From a virus (lineage: Duplodnaviria; Caudoviricetes), in IMG/VR virus record IMGVR_UViG_3300030330_006019, positions 1-64,000 of that record: a stretch of 64,000 bases of DNA; one strand, given 5' to 3'. The notes under the pieces were generated by a model that was not told where the DNA came from, searched no databases, and was given only the letters and a program-made list of their open reading frames with translations. Shown here one piece after another: positions 26,758 to 35,853 of the stretch (positions are counted from its first letter, which is position 1; every line of letters begins with the position of its first letter). A program made the translations under genes and the position numbers.

Positions 26758-27837
26758 CTAAAATATTACGTAGTTAAGTCCAAAACTAAAATCGTGCCAA
26801 TTACGATTCCAGTACTTATTATATTTTCCTTCAACAAATAACCCTAATTTTTTTGGTATAACATAATATCCAAATATAAGGCCACCTGAATAATCTATCC
26901 ATTGTCCACCGTTATATTCATGATAACTAAATTCACCACCATCATCATAATGATATGGCATTACGTTACCCCAACTATGTAACCAAAATTCTTTTGTGAA
27001 ATGATAAAAATCAAATCCAATAACAACTGAATATTGAAATGTTTGGTCTAATTGATTTCTCTTCTTTTCAGTATAATCTGATAATACAGTTGGTATAACA
27101 ACACCTTCCCATATTGCCGTATTTTCTGCAACTAAGTTTCCTGATGGATTGTAATAGGTTTCACCACCTTCACCATCGAATTGTATTGTATAGCCTTCTT
27201 GTATTGCTAATTGAGTATAATGTAAATTACCATTTGATAACATCCATTCTTCCAAAGGATCATATCCATAAGGTTCAGATAGTCTTTGTACTGCACCTAT
27301 ATTAAATGATAATTTATTACCAACCTTTTGCCTAAATCGTTGAGATGCTTCAAAGTATTCTATATCTGCAAATCCATCTTGTAAATATTCAACCTTAACA
27401 ATCCACCTGTCTGCTACATATCTCAAAAAGTGATTTTGGTCTAAAAAGTTAGTACCTTGTTGTCTTCTATAATCAGCTTCAAATAAAAATTCAAACCCAG
27501 AAACTCGACCAATTGTTGCTGCATCACTAAAACTATTTTCTGTACCATTATAAAATGTATTTGCTCTATTCTCATATCCTAATCTTGCAATCTTTCTTAC
27601 ACCAGCTGTAAGTGAATAATCAAATGGAGTAGAAATTGTATTTGTTTCTAAACCATTAGTAACTGAAAAAATATCTACATCTGAAACTGAATTACCTCCA
27701 TTTACAGCACCATAAAATGTTGCAAACTTAAATGTCTTTTTAAGACTTTTCTGTATTTTATCAAACTTATTATCTTTAACTTCTTGACCAAACACTAATG
27801 CTGGTAACATACATAGTATGATTAGTAACTTTTTCAT
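26758..27837 (-). CDS. Outer-membrane beta-barrel protein
   Basis: Signal peptide, aromatic-rich alternating strands, C-terminal FSFGLNYVIF. Confidence 0.75.
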   Translation of the reverse strand: MKKLLIILCMLPALVFGQEVKDNKFDKIQKSLKKTFKFATFYGAVNGGNSVSDVDIFSVTNGLETNTISTPFDYSLTAGVRKIARLGYENRANTFYNGTENSFSDAATIGRVSGFEFLFEADYRRQQGTNFLDQNHFLRYVADRWIVKVEYLQDGFADIEYFEASQRFRQKVGNKLSFNIGAVQRLSEPYGYDPLEEWMLSNGNLHYTQLAIQEGYTIQFDGEGGETYYNPSGNLVAENTAIWEGVVIPTVLSDYTEKKRNQLDQTFQYSVVIGFDFYHFTKEFWLHSWGNVMPYHYDDGGEFSYHEYNGGQWIDYSGGLIFGYYVIPKKLGLFVEGKYNKYWNRNWHDFSFGLNYVIF

Positions 27838-28148
27838 TTTCTTTTACTCCTATTTTTATTAGGCTTATTTGGTTTATTATTCCAAGTTGGTCTATGACCA
27901 TTATATGTAGGTTTATTATTTGGTTTTACAATTACATAATTAGTTGTTTGCTTTGGTCTTGTTAGCCACCACCAATTATAATAATTTGGATATGTTTCAT
28001 AATGATATGTAGTTGGTGGTTTACAACATGCATGGTTAGTCAAGCAAGGTTCACCTCTTAGCATTAATTCACATTTGTGCGGTGCTTCATATGTTAAAGC
28101 ACAACTTGTAAATAACATTGTTAATAATATGTAAATAATCTTGTTCAT
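27834..28148 (-). CDS. Lipoprotein, Cys-containing with Pro/Asn/Lys-rich tail
   Basis: Lipobox LFTSC. Confidence 0.7.
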   Translation of the reverse strand: MNKIIYILLTMLFTSCALTYEAPHKCELMLRGEPCLTNHACCKPPTTYHYETYPNYYNWWWLTRPKQTTNYVIVKPNNKPTYNGHRPTWNNKPNKPNKNRSKRK

Positions 28149-31100
28149 TATTTTTGCTTTATTACTCGTTTAGTTATTTTTAATTTATCATATGTTATGA
28201 CTATATTGTACAATCCTTCTGATATTTCTGAAATATCTAGTCTTTTAGCATTTTCTTTTGACAATATTAATCTTCCCATCATATCGTATAATTCTACATT
28301 AACATCTAATCTTGTATCAATGTTTAATATATCTCGTGTTGGATTTGGGTATATTACAATAGTACCAGAACCTGACATTTCATCAATAGATACTGGCCAT
28401 CCATCTTGGCAATAGTCGTACATTGATTGACAACTTGCATCCCAATCATTTGTACAACAATAATCATCAACATCAATTACCCAAGCATAACATCCATCAT
28501 TTAACCAATAAGGTATACCTGGTCCTCCATAACAACCTGCATCATATAAACATGCGTCTGGGTCAGATACATTGGCTAATGGGTCAAAGTTATATGCGCC
28601 TACATCTGTACAACCTACGATTATAGTTACACAGGTTCCATCATCATAACATGCATCTGGGTCATAATTAAGTGCAGTAGCATCAGTACAGCCACCTATA
28701 TAACAACAACTATTATCTAAAGTATTTGCCAATGGGTCATAATTAAGTGCAGCGGCATCAGTACAACCATAAACAAATGGTTCACATGTTCCGTTATCAG
28801 TATTAGCTAATGGGTTATAGTTAAACTGGGTTGAATCAGTACATCCATAAATAAACGGAATACAATTTCCTGATGATGTATTTGCTAGTGGGTCATAATT
28901 CCACATTGTCGGATCCATACAACCAATAACTACTGGGATACAACTATTATCATCTGTGTTTGCAAGAGGGTCATAGTTAAACATTGTTGGGTCTGTACAT
29001 CCGTATACATAAGGTATACATGAACCATCATCTGTATTTGCAGTTGCAGAGTAATTATACATTGTTGAATCAGTACATCCATAAATATATGGTATACAAG
29101 TTCCATCATCATCTGTAGCAGTTGGGTCAAAATTAATTGATAATGGGTCTGTACAACCAGCAATTTCTAATTCATCACAAATTCCATCACCATCAGTATC
29201 ATTTATACATGCACCATAACAATCATAATATTGTGTTGGGTAAATACATCCACCATTATCTACATTTGCAATTGCATCGTAATTACATGCTGTTACATCT
29301 GTACAACCTAGATATATACATGAAAAGTCATCAACATTTGCTAAGGGATTGTAGTTATATGCCAAACTATCAGTACACCCGTTAACAATAGGAATACAAC
29401 TGTTATCATCAACCGTTGCATTTGGGTCATAATTTATTGCAAAAATATTTGTACATCCATATATAATAGGAATACAACTGTTATCATCTACATTTGCCAA
29501 TGGGTCATAATTTGCAGCCGTACTATCTGTACATCCATACACTACTGGAATACATGTATTTCCACAAAATGGTACTCCAGTATATTTTGTCCAAAATGGA
29601 GATTCAAATGATTGAAGTGCTCCTTGACCATTATTAGCAAAAGGATTCTGTCCTTCATGCATTAACACAACACCATCTGCATTTGTTAGCTTAAATGAAT
29701 TGTGCCATGTTTGGAATTGTACTTCCTGAGGTGGTTGTTGTGGTCCACCTATTTCAAAATAAAATACTTCTACTGGAACTCCTGGGTCTAATACGATATT
29801 CCAAGTTTGTTGATAATTACCTGGTCCCATTGTATAAGTTCCAAGATTTATACCATTTTGATAAACTCCAATAAATGAGTTACCCCAACCATCACCACCT
29901 GCATCGCCAATCCATAATTCATAGTCACAATCTGGAGTTAAGTCCATCATTGTTGCAGTAGGGTCATAATTAAATGCTGCTGGGTCTGTACAACCATAAG
30001 TATGTAATGTTGCACAAGTTCCATCATCTATGTTTGCGGCTGGATTGAATTCAACATAATCATCATCAGTACAACCTAAAACATCTGGAATAACTGGACA
30101 AGGTGTTGCTGTTTGTGGTCCTGAATATAATACATTTCCAAAACCTGGATTGTCCATATACCAAATAGTATCTCCAGCACAATCATATATTACAGCTGCT
30201 CCATCAATAGAACCACCTGATGTAGAACCTGCCATTCCATCACCATAGTCATCATTTAATATTAATTCAAATGCAGCATTTTGGTCTACACAGAATGAAT
30301 AAGTATATGTTTGTCCTATATCATTAAAATCATAAGTTCCTACTGGATAATCAAATGTATTACCTAAGCCATCAACAAATTGCCAACTTGTTTCACCTGG
30401 CCAATTATCTAATGTTAATGAAAGAGATATTTGATATTGTGTGTTTGTATCACATGTTGTTCCTGAACATGAACCGTCATCTATTGTTGCCCAAGGATTA
30501 TATGATATTTGAGCTGGGTCTAAACAACCTGGAATACACGAGTATGGAGTATAAGCAATTGTATCTGACATTGAACCATCTGCAAACTCTAACTGACAAT
30601 AAAATTCTTCTTCCCAATTAGGTGGCATTTGACCTGGTCCTGTATTAAATGCAAAGTTATGAGGTCCGCCAGCTGGCCAATAACCTGGAAATTGAAATGG
30701 TCCTAAGCCATTTTCATTACTTATCCATACACTTACAACTTCACAATTATTACCTGGAGCAGTTTCCCATTCAAATATAGATAATGCTTGACCATTTGGT
30801 TGACAGTTCTGATATGCATTACTAAAAATAAGACCACCACATGGAGGATACGTACATGAACCATCATCAATTGTTGCAAGTGAATTGTAATTGGTTGCAT
30901 TTGTATCTGTACACCCAGTTACTGGTGGTGCACAAGGTTGTATGATAAGATTGTTTGCTAAATATGTTGTACCAAAATCACCAGCCACATATGCCAATGT
31001 ATCTTGACAATCATTTTGTATTAGTAACCAACCTTCTGGTGAGCCATTCCATCCAGCTAAACCATCACCATAAGAATCATTTAGTGTAAATTCAAATGGA

Positions 31101-31318
31101 CTATCTAATGAAGATAAATCAACTATTTCATCATATAAAGTTTCAGCTGTTAATACTGAATCACTCTCAGCAATTAGTTGTCCTGAACCATCTGTTAGTG
31201 TCCAGCTAGTTTCGTCTGGATAAGCATCAGTTAATAATTGTATATTTATCCAAGTATCTGTTGTTTGTGCAAATATTACTGATGGTAATAATAGCAATAA
31301 AAATAATAACTTTCTCAT
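28148..31318 (-). CDS. Large secreted surface protein with 16 Cys/Asp-rich repeats and a T9SS type A C-terminal sorting domain
   Basis: Signal peptide; GCTDxxAxNYDPxAxxDDGSC repeats; D.YP.ETSW...DSYGDG domains; C-terminal IYPNPTRDILNI...YDMMGR...LDIS....GLY....KRVIK. Confidence 0.9.
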   Translation of the reverse strand: MRKLLFLLLLLPSVIFAQTTDTWINIQLLTDAYPDETSWTLTDGSGQLIAESDSVLTAETLYDEIVDLSSLDSPFEFTLNDSYGDGLAGWNGSPEGWLLIQNDCQDTLAYVAGDFGTTYLANNLIIQPCAPPVTGCTDTNATNYNSLATIDDGSCTYPPCGGLIFSNAYQNCQPNGQALSIFEWETAPGNNCEVVSVWISNENGLGPFQFPGYWPAGGPHNFAFNTGPGQMPPNWEEEFYCQLEFADGSMSDTIAYTPYSCIPGCLDPAQISYNPWATIDDGSCSGTTCDTNTQYQISLSLTLDNWPGETSWQFVDGLGNTFDYPVGTYDFNDIGQTYTYSFCVDQNAAFELILNDDYGDGMAGSTSGGSIDGAAVIYDCAGDTIWYMDNPGFGNVLYSGPQTATPCPVIPDVLGCTDDDYVEFNPAANIDDGTCATLHTYGCTDPAAFNYDPTATMMDLTPDCDYELWIGDAGGDGWGNSFIGVYQNGINLGTYTMGPGNYQQTWNIVLDPGVPVEVFYFEIGGPQQPPQEVQFQTWHNSFKLTNADGVVLMHEGQNPFANNGQGALQSFESPFWTKYTGVPFCGNTCIPVVYGCTDSTAANYDPLANVDDNSCIPIIYGCTNIFAINYDPNATVDDNSCIPIVNGCTDSLAYNYNPLANVDDFSCIYLGCTDVTACNYDAIANVDNGGCIYPTQYYDCYGACINDTDGDGICDELEIAGCTDPLSINFDPTATDDDGTCIPYIYGCTDSTMYNYSATANTDDGSCIPYVYGCTDPTMFNYDPLANTDDNSCIPVVIGCMDPTMWNYDPLANTSSGNCIPFIYGCTDSTQFNYNPLANTDNGTCEPFVYGCTDAAALNYDPLANTLDNSCCYIGGCTDATALNYDPDACYDDGTCVTIIVGCTDVGAYNFDPLANVSDPDACLYDAGCYGGPGIPYWLNDGCYAWVIDVDDYCCTNDWDASCQSMYDYCQDGWPVSIDEMSGSGTIVIYPNPTRDILNIDTRLDVNVELYDMMGRLILSKENAKRLDISEISEGLYNIVITYDKLKITKRVIKQK

Positions 31319-31464
31319 ATTTCAAATCCCAAATTAAATATCATAAATCTAAACTTACTTGCTTCCCACTTCATTTCTAATACTGTGAAAGTACCAACTC
31401 TAAATTCTAGGTAGTACTTCTCTTTTTTATTTCCGGCGTCAAACCCGTTTATCCAGTTAATCAT
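31315..31464 (-). CDS. Small hypothetical protein (49 aa, not in ORF track)
   Basis: Manual translation MINWINGFDAGNKKEKYYLEFRVGTFTVLEMKWEASKFRFMIFNLGFEI; GGGAG SD; ATGA overlap with the T9SS gene. Confidence 0.6.
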   Translation of the reverse strand: MINWINGFDAGNKKEKYYLEFRVGTFTVLEMKWEASKFRFMIFNLGFEI

Positions 31465-31480
31465 AACATTCTCCCTTTAT

Positions 31481-31786
31481 TTAATATTCAAATGGCGGTG
31501 TACCATATTTATCTTTGTCAATTCCATGCCAAACATTTCCAATTTGAAAATACCACCACCCATATTTTGTGTCATCAACAACCTTAAACTTTCTAGGTAA
31601 TTTAACTGTCTTTTGTGGTGCTCTTGCAATGTACTTAAGAACAGGAGTTCCATCATCCCAAGTTCTTGTTGTTGATTGTGTTTTTGCACTATTTCCACCG
31701 GAAGCTGTATACATTTTTGCTCCAGGAATATCCGTTAGCAATCCCTTATACCCATCTTCATTTAATAATTTAGACAATTTAATCAT
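31481..31786 (-). CDS. Hypothetical protein with MIKLSKLLNE leader
   Basis: Leader motif; AGGAG SD. Confidence 0.7.
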   Translation of the reverse strand: MIKLSKLLNEDGYKGLLTDIPGAKMYTASGGNSAKTQSTTRTWDDGTPVLKYIARAPQKTVKLPRKFKVVDDTKYGWWYFQIGNVWHGIDKDKYGTPPFEY

Positions 31787-31795
31787 TTTCTTCTC

Positions 31796-32023
31796 CTAGT
31801 TATTTGCAGGGTCGTGTGGTGCTATTGGTTCTTTTTTAGGCGTGTTCTGCAAATCATTAATTGCTTCTCTTAAAAGCTGTTCTTTCATATCCATGCCATC
31901 ACATCTACTTTTTAATTCTGCAATGTCATCTTCTAATTTACAACATTTTTCATCAAATGTTTTTTGTGATACCATACATGAACTTAATGTAAATATCATA
32001 AGTAATATAATTAGATTTTTCAT
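31796..32023 (-). CDS. Lipoprotein with coiled coil (spanin-like candidate)
   Basis: MKNLIILLMIFTLSSC lipobox; TAATG overlap sets the start at 32023. Confidence 0.65.
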   Translation of the reverse strand: MKNLIILLMIFTLSSCMVSQKTFDEKCCKLEDDIAELKSRCDGMDMKEQLLREAINDLQNTPKKEPIAPHDPANN

Positions 32024-32325
32024 TAACAACAAGTTCCTTCACCACCTTTACAAGGTTTACATTTACATGTTGCCCACCATGCCCAACCTACAGTTATTGC
32101 TAATAGTCCTAGTGCTAGCCAATTATTAACGCCAAATAAACATCCAGCACCTAATGCTGTAACATATGCACCATAACAATTTACATAACATAAGATTAAA
32201 TTATATAGACTTCTATTCTTGTCTATGTTTTCAATAATTTTTTCATCGATAGTTGTTGAATCTAAAACTTTTTTTACAACTTTCTTTGCTGTTTTCTTTA
32301 CAGCCTTTTTTACTTTTTTTGCCAT
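32023..32325 (-). CDS. Membrane protein with Lys-rich N-terminus and Cys-rich C-terminus
   Basis: KKVKKAVKK..., 2 TM segments, CKCKPCKGGEGTCC. Confidence 0.7.
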   Translation of the reverse strand: MAKKVKKAVKKTAKKVVKKVLDSTTIDEKIIENIDKNRSLYNLILCYVNCYGAYVTALGAGCLFGVNNWLALGLLAITVGWAWWATCKCKPCKGGEGTCC

Positions 32326-32330
32326 TTCTT

Positions 32331-32720
32331 TTATCCTTTGAATACTTGTTTTTTGCCGCCGTGATACTCGTAAGCATGTCCTTCGGCTTTAAGTTGTTCA
32401 TTTATATTATATTGCTTACCTTCACTATCCATTATAAAAATCTCACCAAGTACTCTACCATATTTACCAACACCGTAAGATTTTAATCTGAAATATCCAG
32501 GCTTGCTGGATACTTCATTTAATAGTTGTTTATTTCTAGCCTTTGCAGCTAATCCTTTTTTCTTTTCATCCAGGTCTCGAGTTCTACTTTCCCAAGTATC
32601 AATTCCCATATATCTGATTCTTTTCTTAACCCATATATCAAAACCTACATCGATAAGAGCATCAATAGTATCACCATCAACCACTCTATCTAATTTTGCC
32701 CTGTAGATATACTTATCCAT
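32331..32720 (-). CDS. Thermonuclease (SNase-like)
   Basis: RVVDGDTI, RIRYMGIDTWE, GKYGRVLG, INEQL..EGHA. Confidence 0.9.
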   Translation of the reverse strand: MDKYIYRAKLDRVVDGDTIDALIDVGFDIWVKKRIRYMGIDTWESRTRDLDEKKKGLAAKARNKQLLNEVSSKPGYFRLKSYGVGKYGRVLGEIFIMDSEGKQYNINEQLKAEGHAYEYHGGKKQVFKG

Positions 32721-33196
32721 TAAAATGCAGCTCGTCTAATTCTATCCATTAAAAATTCTAGAATTTCATCATTTTCAAATCCTTCATCATACAAATCTTT
32801 TTGTATAATTTTTGCACCAATAATGACTTGTTTCATTGCTTTCATATTATGAAGTCCGTCCATTCTTTTTGCAGTTGCAAGATTTAATCTTTCATCAACA
32901 GATTCTCTTTTAGGTCCATGCTTTTTATATATATCTTTGAACTCCTTTTTAGCTTTAGGAGATAAATATCTTTCGATACCAAATGCATTAGCTGGTCCAA
33001 TCAATGAAGCTATTCTACCTCTTAAGATTTGCTTACTATATTTTCTACCATAGGGAGACCTCATAATAAAATCCATCATACCCTGAGCTAAATCTTTTGA
33101 CATCTTGATTCCTTCAATAGAAGTTGTTCTTCCTTTGATTACATCTGTCAATCCAGCCTTTGTAGATATTTCATTTATAATGTTTCTTAATTTCAT
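32720..33196 (-). CDS. Hypothetical protein with MKLRNIINE leader
   Basis: Leader motif; AGGAGG SD. Confidence 0.7.
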   Translation of the reverse strand: MKLRNIINEISTKAGLTDVIKGRTTSIEGIKMSKDLAQGMMDFIMRSPYGRKYSKQILRGRIASLIGPANAFGIERYLSPKAKKEFKDIYKKHGPKRESVDERLNLATAKRMDGLHNMKAMKQVIIGAKIIQKDLYDEGFENDEILEFLMDRIRRAAF

Positions 33197-33198
33197 GA

Positions 33199-33438
33199 TT
33201 ATCCTCCTATCTTTGCATATGTATGCATATCTGCTAGAGCTTTAAGTGCTTTCTTTTTAGCCTTTTCAAATTCTTTTCCATATCTTCCTGAACCACCACC
33301 TTTTTGAGCAAGGTTTGCCATTTGAAATATTTTTTTAATATTTTCAGCTTCTGGGTTCTTTCTCATTTTAGGTGCAGCTTCATTTGTTTCCTTTTCAGGT
33401 GAAAAAGCTTTTTGCGATATTATTGTTTTTAATTTCAT
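33199..33438 (-). CDS. Small basic protein with MKLKTII leader
   Basis: Leader-like N-terminus; AGGAG SD. Confidence 0.65.
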   Translation of the reverse strand: MKLKTIISQKAFSPEKETNEAAPKMRKNPEAENIKKIFQMANLAQKGGGSGRYGKEFEKAKKKALKALADMHTYAKIGG

Positions 33439-33785
33439 TATTTCTCTCCTACGATTCTAGACATTAATTTTGGATAACCTGAAACTACTAGTAAATTCTT
33501 AAGCATTTTTTGTAATACTGTTTTATCAGAACCTTCAGCCGTTTTAAGTTCATGTTTTATATGATTGACAAATGCTTTACAGTTAGACTCAAATTCTTTT
33601 GCAAATTGTCTGTCCATTTCAGCTTCTGTTAGTTCTTCATTTTGTTTTCTAATTTTTTTACCAGCCTTTACAGCAGCTTTATAAGATTTAGACCGTGGGT
33701 CTGACTTTTCACCACGCTTCTTTTTAGCATGAATGTTTGCCCAAAGACCCTTGTTCTTTTCAGTAATTATGTCTTGTAGTTTCAT
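33438..33785 (-). CDS. Basic protein with MKLQDIITE leader
   Basis: GLWANIHAKKKRGE motif; internal LTEA site. Confidence 0.7.
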   Translation of the reverse strand: MKLQDIITEKNKGLWANIHAKKKRGEKSDPRSKSYKAAVKAGKKIRKQNEELTEAEMDRQFAKEFESNCKAFVNHIKHELKTAEGSDKTVLQKMLKNLLVVSGYPKLMSRIVGEK

Positions 33786-34390
33786 TATACTATATCTTTT
33801 GATTCAATTAACGTATATGTAAAGTTATTACTCCACTTATCTCTAGCAACTCTACATATATCCAAAAATTCATGCCAATCATCATTAGCTGCAATTACTT
33901 GGCAACCTGCACTCCACTTGTCTACTTGGCTAGATTTTCTTCCTCCCCATTTTGTAGCTCTATGGATATTGATTCCAAATAAACCTGTTTGTGTATTGTT
34001 ATCATCTAGGTCATATTTATCATCACGATTGTTGTCACGATAAACTGTCACTGGTCTATGTTGACCTAATGCTTCATATCTTCCTTGATGTAATCTGATT
34101 TTATGAGAACCTTTATATTGGCCTGGCTTTAATACTGCCACGCCTTCTTTTCTCATTATATTTTCTACCCAGTGTGTTCCTGGGTCTGTTGTACAATCAT
34201 AACAATAAAATTCCCATTCACCTTCACACTTAAATGAAATTGTTATTTTGTCATCGAATTTATTTGTAACTTCGTTACCTGTTTCAGAATTTCTGATTCC
34301 AACAATGTTGACATTATAGTCACCATTTTCAAACCACTTATAGCCTTTTGATTTAACAGCCGCCTCTACCTGTTCTCTTGTGATATTCAT
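33785..34390 (-). CDS. Putative YkuD-like (L,D-transpeptidase fold) peptidoglycan enzyme, endolysin candidate
   Basis: GINIHRA-x12-WSAGCQV matches the H-x(14-17)-S-x-G-C catalytic motif; no signal peptide. Confidence 0.6.
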   Translation of the reverse strand: MNITREQVEAAVKSKGYKWFENGDYNVNIVGIRNSETGNEVTNKFDDKITISFKCEGEWEFYCYDCTTDPGTHWVENIMRKEGVAVLKPGQYKGSHKIRLHQGRYEALGQHRPVTVYRDNNRDDKYDLDDNNTQTGLFGINIHRATKWGGRKSSQVDKWSAGCQVIAANDDWHEFLDICRVARDKWSNNFTYTLIESKDIV

Positions 34391-34449
34391 TTGTTTGTTC
34401 TCCTAAAAACATATATTATTATACTAAAATAAATATCAATTCACTGGTA

Positions 34450-34641
34450 TTAAATAAGATTTACAAGGGTTTTATCTATCCAATGTTGCACACCTGATAG
34501 TGTAGAGACCAAAACTTTGTCATTTACAACATTTTCAACTTTCAATATATCTTTAGGATATAATGCACCTTTGTCTGTAGTAACAATTGCAGTGACCTTT
34601 ACACGTTTTCCTATATTATTTCCGCTTATTATACTTGTCAT
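34450..34641 (-). CDS. Small SH3-like hypothetical protein
   Basis: Beta-rich 63-aa ORF. Confidence 0.55.
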   Translation of the reverse strand: MTSIISGNNIGKRVKVTAIVTTDKGALYPKDILKVENVVNDKVLVSTLSGVQHWIDKTLVNLI

Positions 34642-34885
34642 ATTTTACACCACTTTTTACTAATTCCAAAGCACGTTCTTCAGCATGCTTTTTACTTTTG
34701 AATTTTTCTTCAAGTACATGTTTTCCATGAAATATACAAATGTTAGTTGTTCCACCAACTGTAGATATTTCTCCAGTAGACCTGTTTTTTACCTTTTTAG
34801 GTAATGTAAACTTTTGCCTAATGTCTAAATATCCAATCTTACTTAAATAGCTACCGTATTTCATCTTATTCTTCTGTGTTGACAT
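34616..34885 (-). CDS. Hypothetical protein
   Basis: ORF behind an ATATTTATA motif. Confidence 0.6.
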   Translation of the reverse strand: MSTQKNKMKYGSYLSKIGYLDIRQKFTLPKKVKNRSTGEISTVGGTTNICIFHGKHVLEEKFKSKKHAEERALELVKSGVKYDKYNKRK

Positions 34886-34912
34886 ATCATATATAAATAT
34901 ATAAATTAATGG

Positions 34913-35137
34913 TTAAACTCTTACTTTAAGTTCAGCAATTGCCGATAAAAACTCCGAAACACTCATTTTTTTTCCCTTATCAGTTTTTATGACAACTTTA
35001 TGTAATTCATCTGGGTGCTTATCTACCATTTTCATTAAAGCCGTCATACCTTGCTCACCCCAAAAAACTCCAAAGCTATTATCAGTACCTAAACTAATTG
35101 GTTCATCACTATCATATATTAAAAAATACTCTGTCAT
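34913..35137 (-). CDS. Hypothetical protein
   Basis: ATGA-coupled last gene of the glycan operon. Confidence 0.6.
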   Translation of the reverse strand: MTEYFLIYDSDEPISLGTDNSFGVFWGEQGMTALMKMVDKHPDELHKVVIKTDKGKKMSVSEFLSAIAELKVRV

Positions 35138-35853
35138 TTTTTAGGTCTATACTTTTTTATTAAATCCAATGCTAATGAATCATTATCTTTACTTAAAATA
35201 TCAACATTTGATATTACACAATGTCCACCAATACCACTTTTTGATGGTGGGTATAATTGTGGTCTTACAACGTGAGGCATATCAAGATTCTTATAACCTT
35301 CATTGTATGTTTCTGTCCATTCATCTATAGTATCAAAACCAACACCATATTTTTCACACATCTTATTCATTTCACCATGCCAAGCAATACACAAACCATA
35401 ATAAGTTGTACTTAAAAGTTTTGCCAATTCAGTTGACCTTGAATCTGGCCAAAGAGAATAATTTATTCCTAAAGAATTATAATGTTTAGCAACTTGTTCA
35501 CCTAATGAATAATCATTATGACCTATAAATTTGTAAAATGTTTCAATACCTTGTTTAAGGTTTGGGTGTACACCTCTAACTGGAGAATGCACAGCATTTT
35601 TTATTTTTTCAGTTGTACCTACTGGTACTGTTGAATGAATAATTACAATCTTTGCATTATACTTTTCAACATAATTATTAACCACATCAACAAAATCTGG
35701 TAATTGTCCTGGTATACAAATATCTAAAATGTCTACATTACCAGTTATTTCTCCATCAATATCACGTGTCTGTGGTGTAATATCTTTGGCCCTATACACT
35801 TCATAAAGAGAAGAACCTATTTCACCTAATCCTATTATTGCTATGTTTTTCAT
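35134..35853 (-). CDS. UDP-glucose/GDP-mannose dehydrogenase family (short form)
   Basis: IGLGEIG, IHSTVPVGTTE, ELAKL, GIGGHC catalytic Cys. Confidence 0.85.
   Translation of the reverse strand: MKNIAIIGLGEIGSSLYEVYRAKDITPQTRDIDGEITGNVDILDICIPGQLPDFVDVVNNYVEKYNAKIVIIHSTVPVGTTEKIKNAVHSPVRGVHPNLKQGIETFYKFIGHNDYSLGEQVAKHYNSLGINYSLWPDSRSTELAKLLSTTYYGLCIAWHGEMNKMCEKYGVGFDTIDEWTETYNEGYKNLDMPHVVRPQLYPPSKSGIGGHCVISNVDILSKDNDSLALDLIKKYRPKK

Noticed and set aside
28500-30100. Regularly spaced ~78-bp DNA repeats (gggtcataatt...gtacatcc) resembling a CRISPR array
   Set aside because: They are degenerate in-frame codons of the GCTD..NYDP protein repeat, with no invariant repeat and unique spacer structure.
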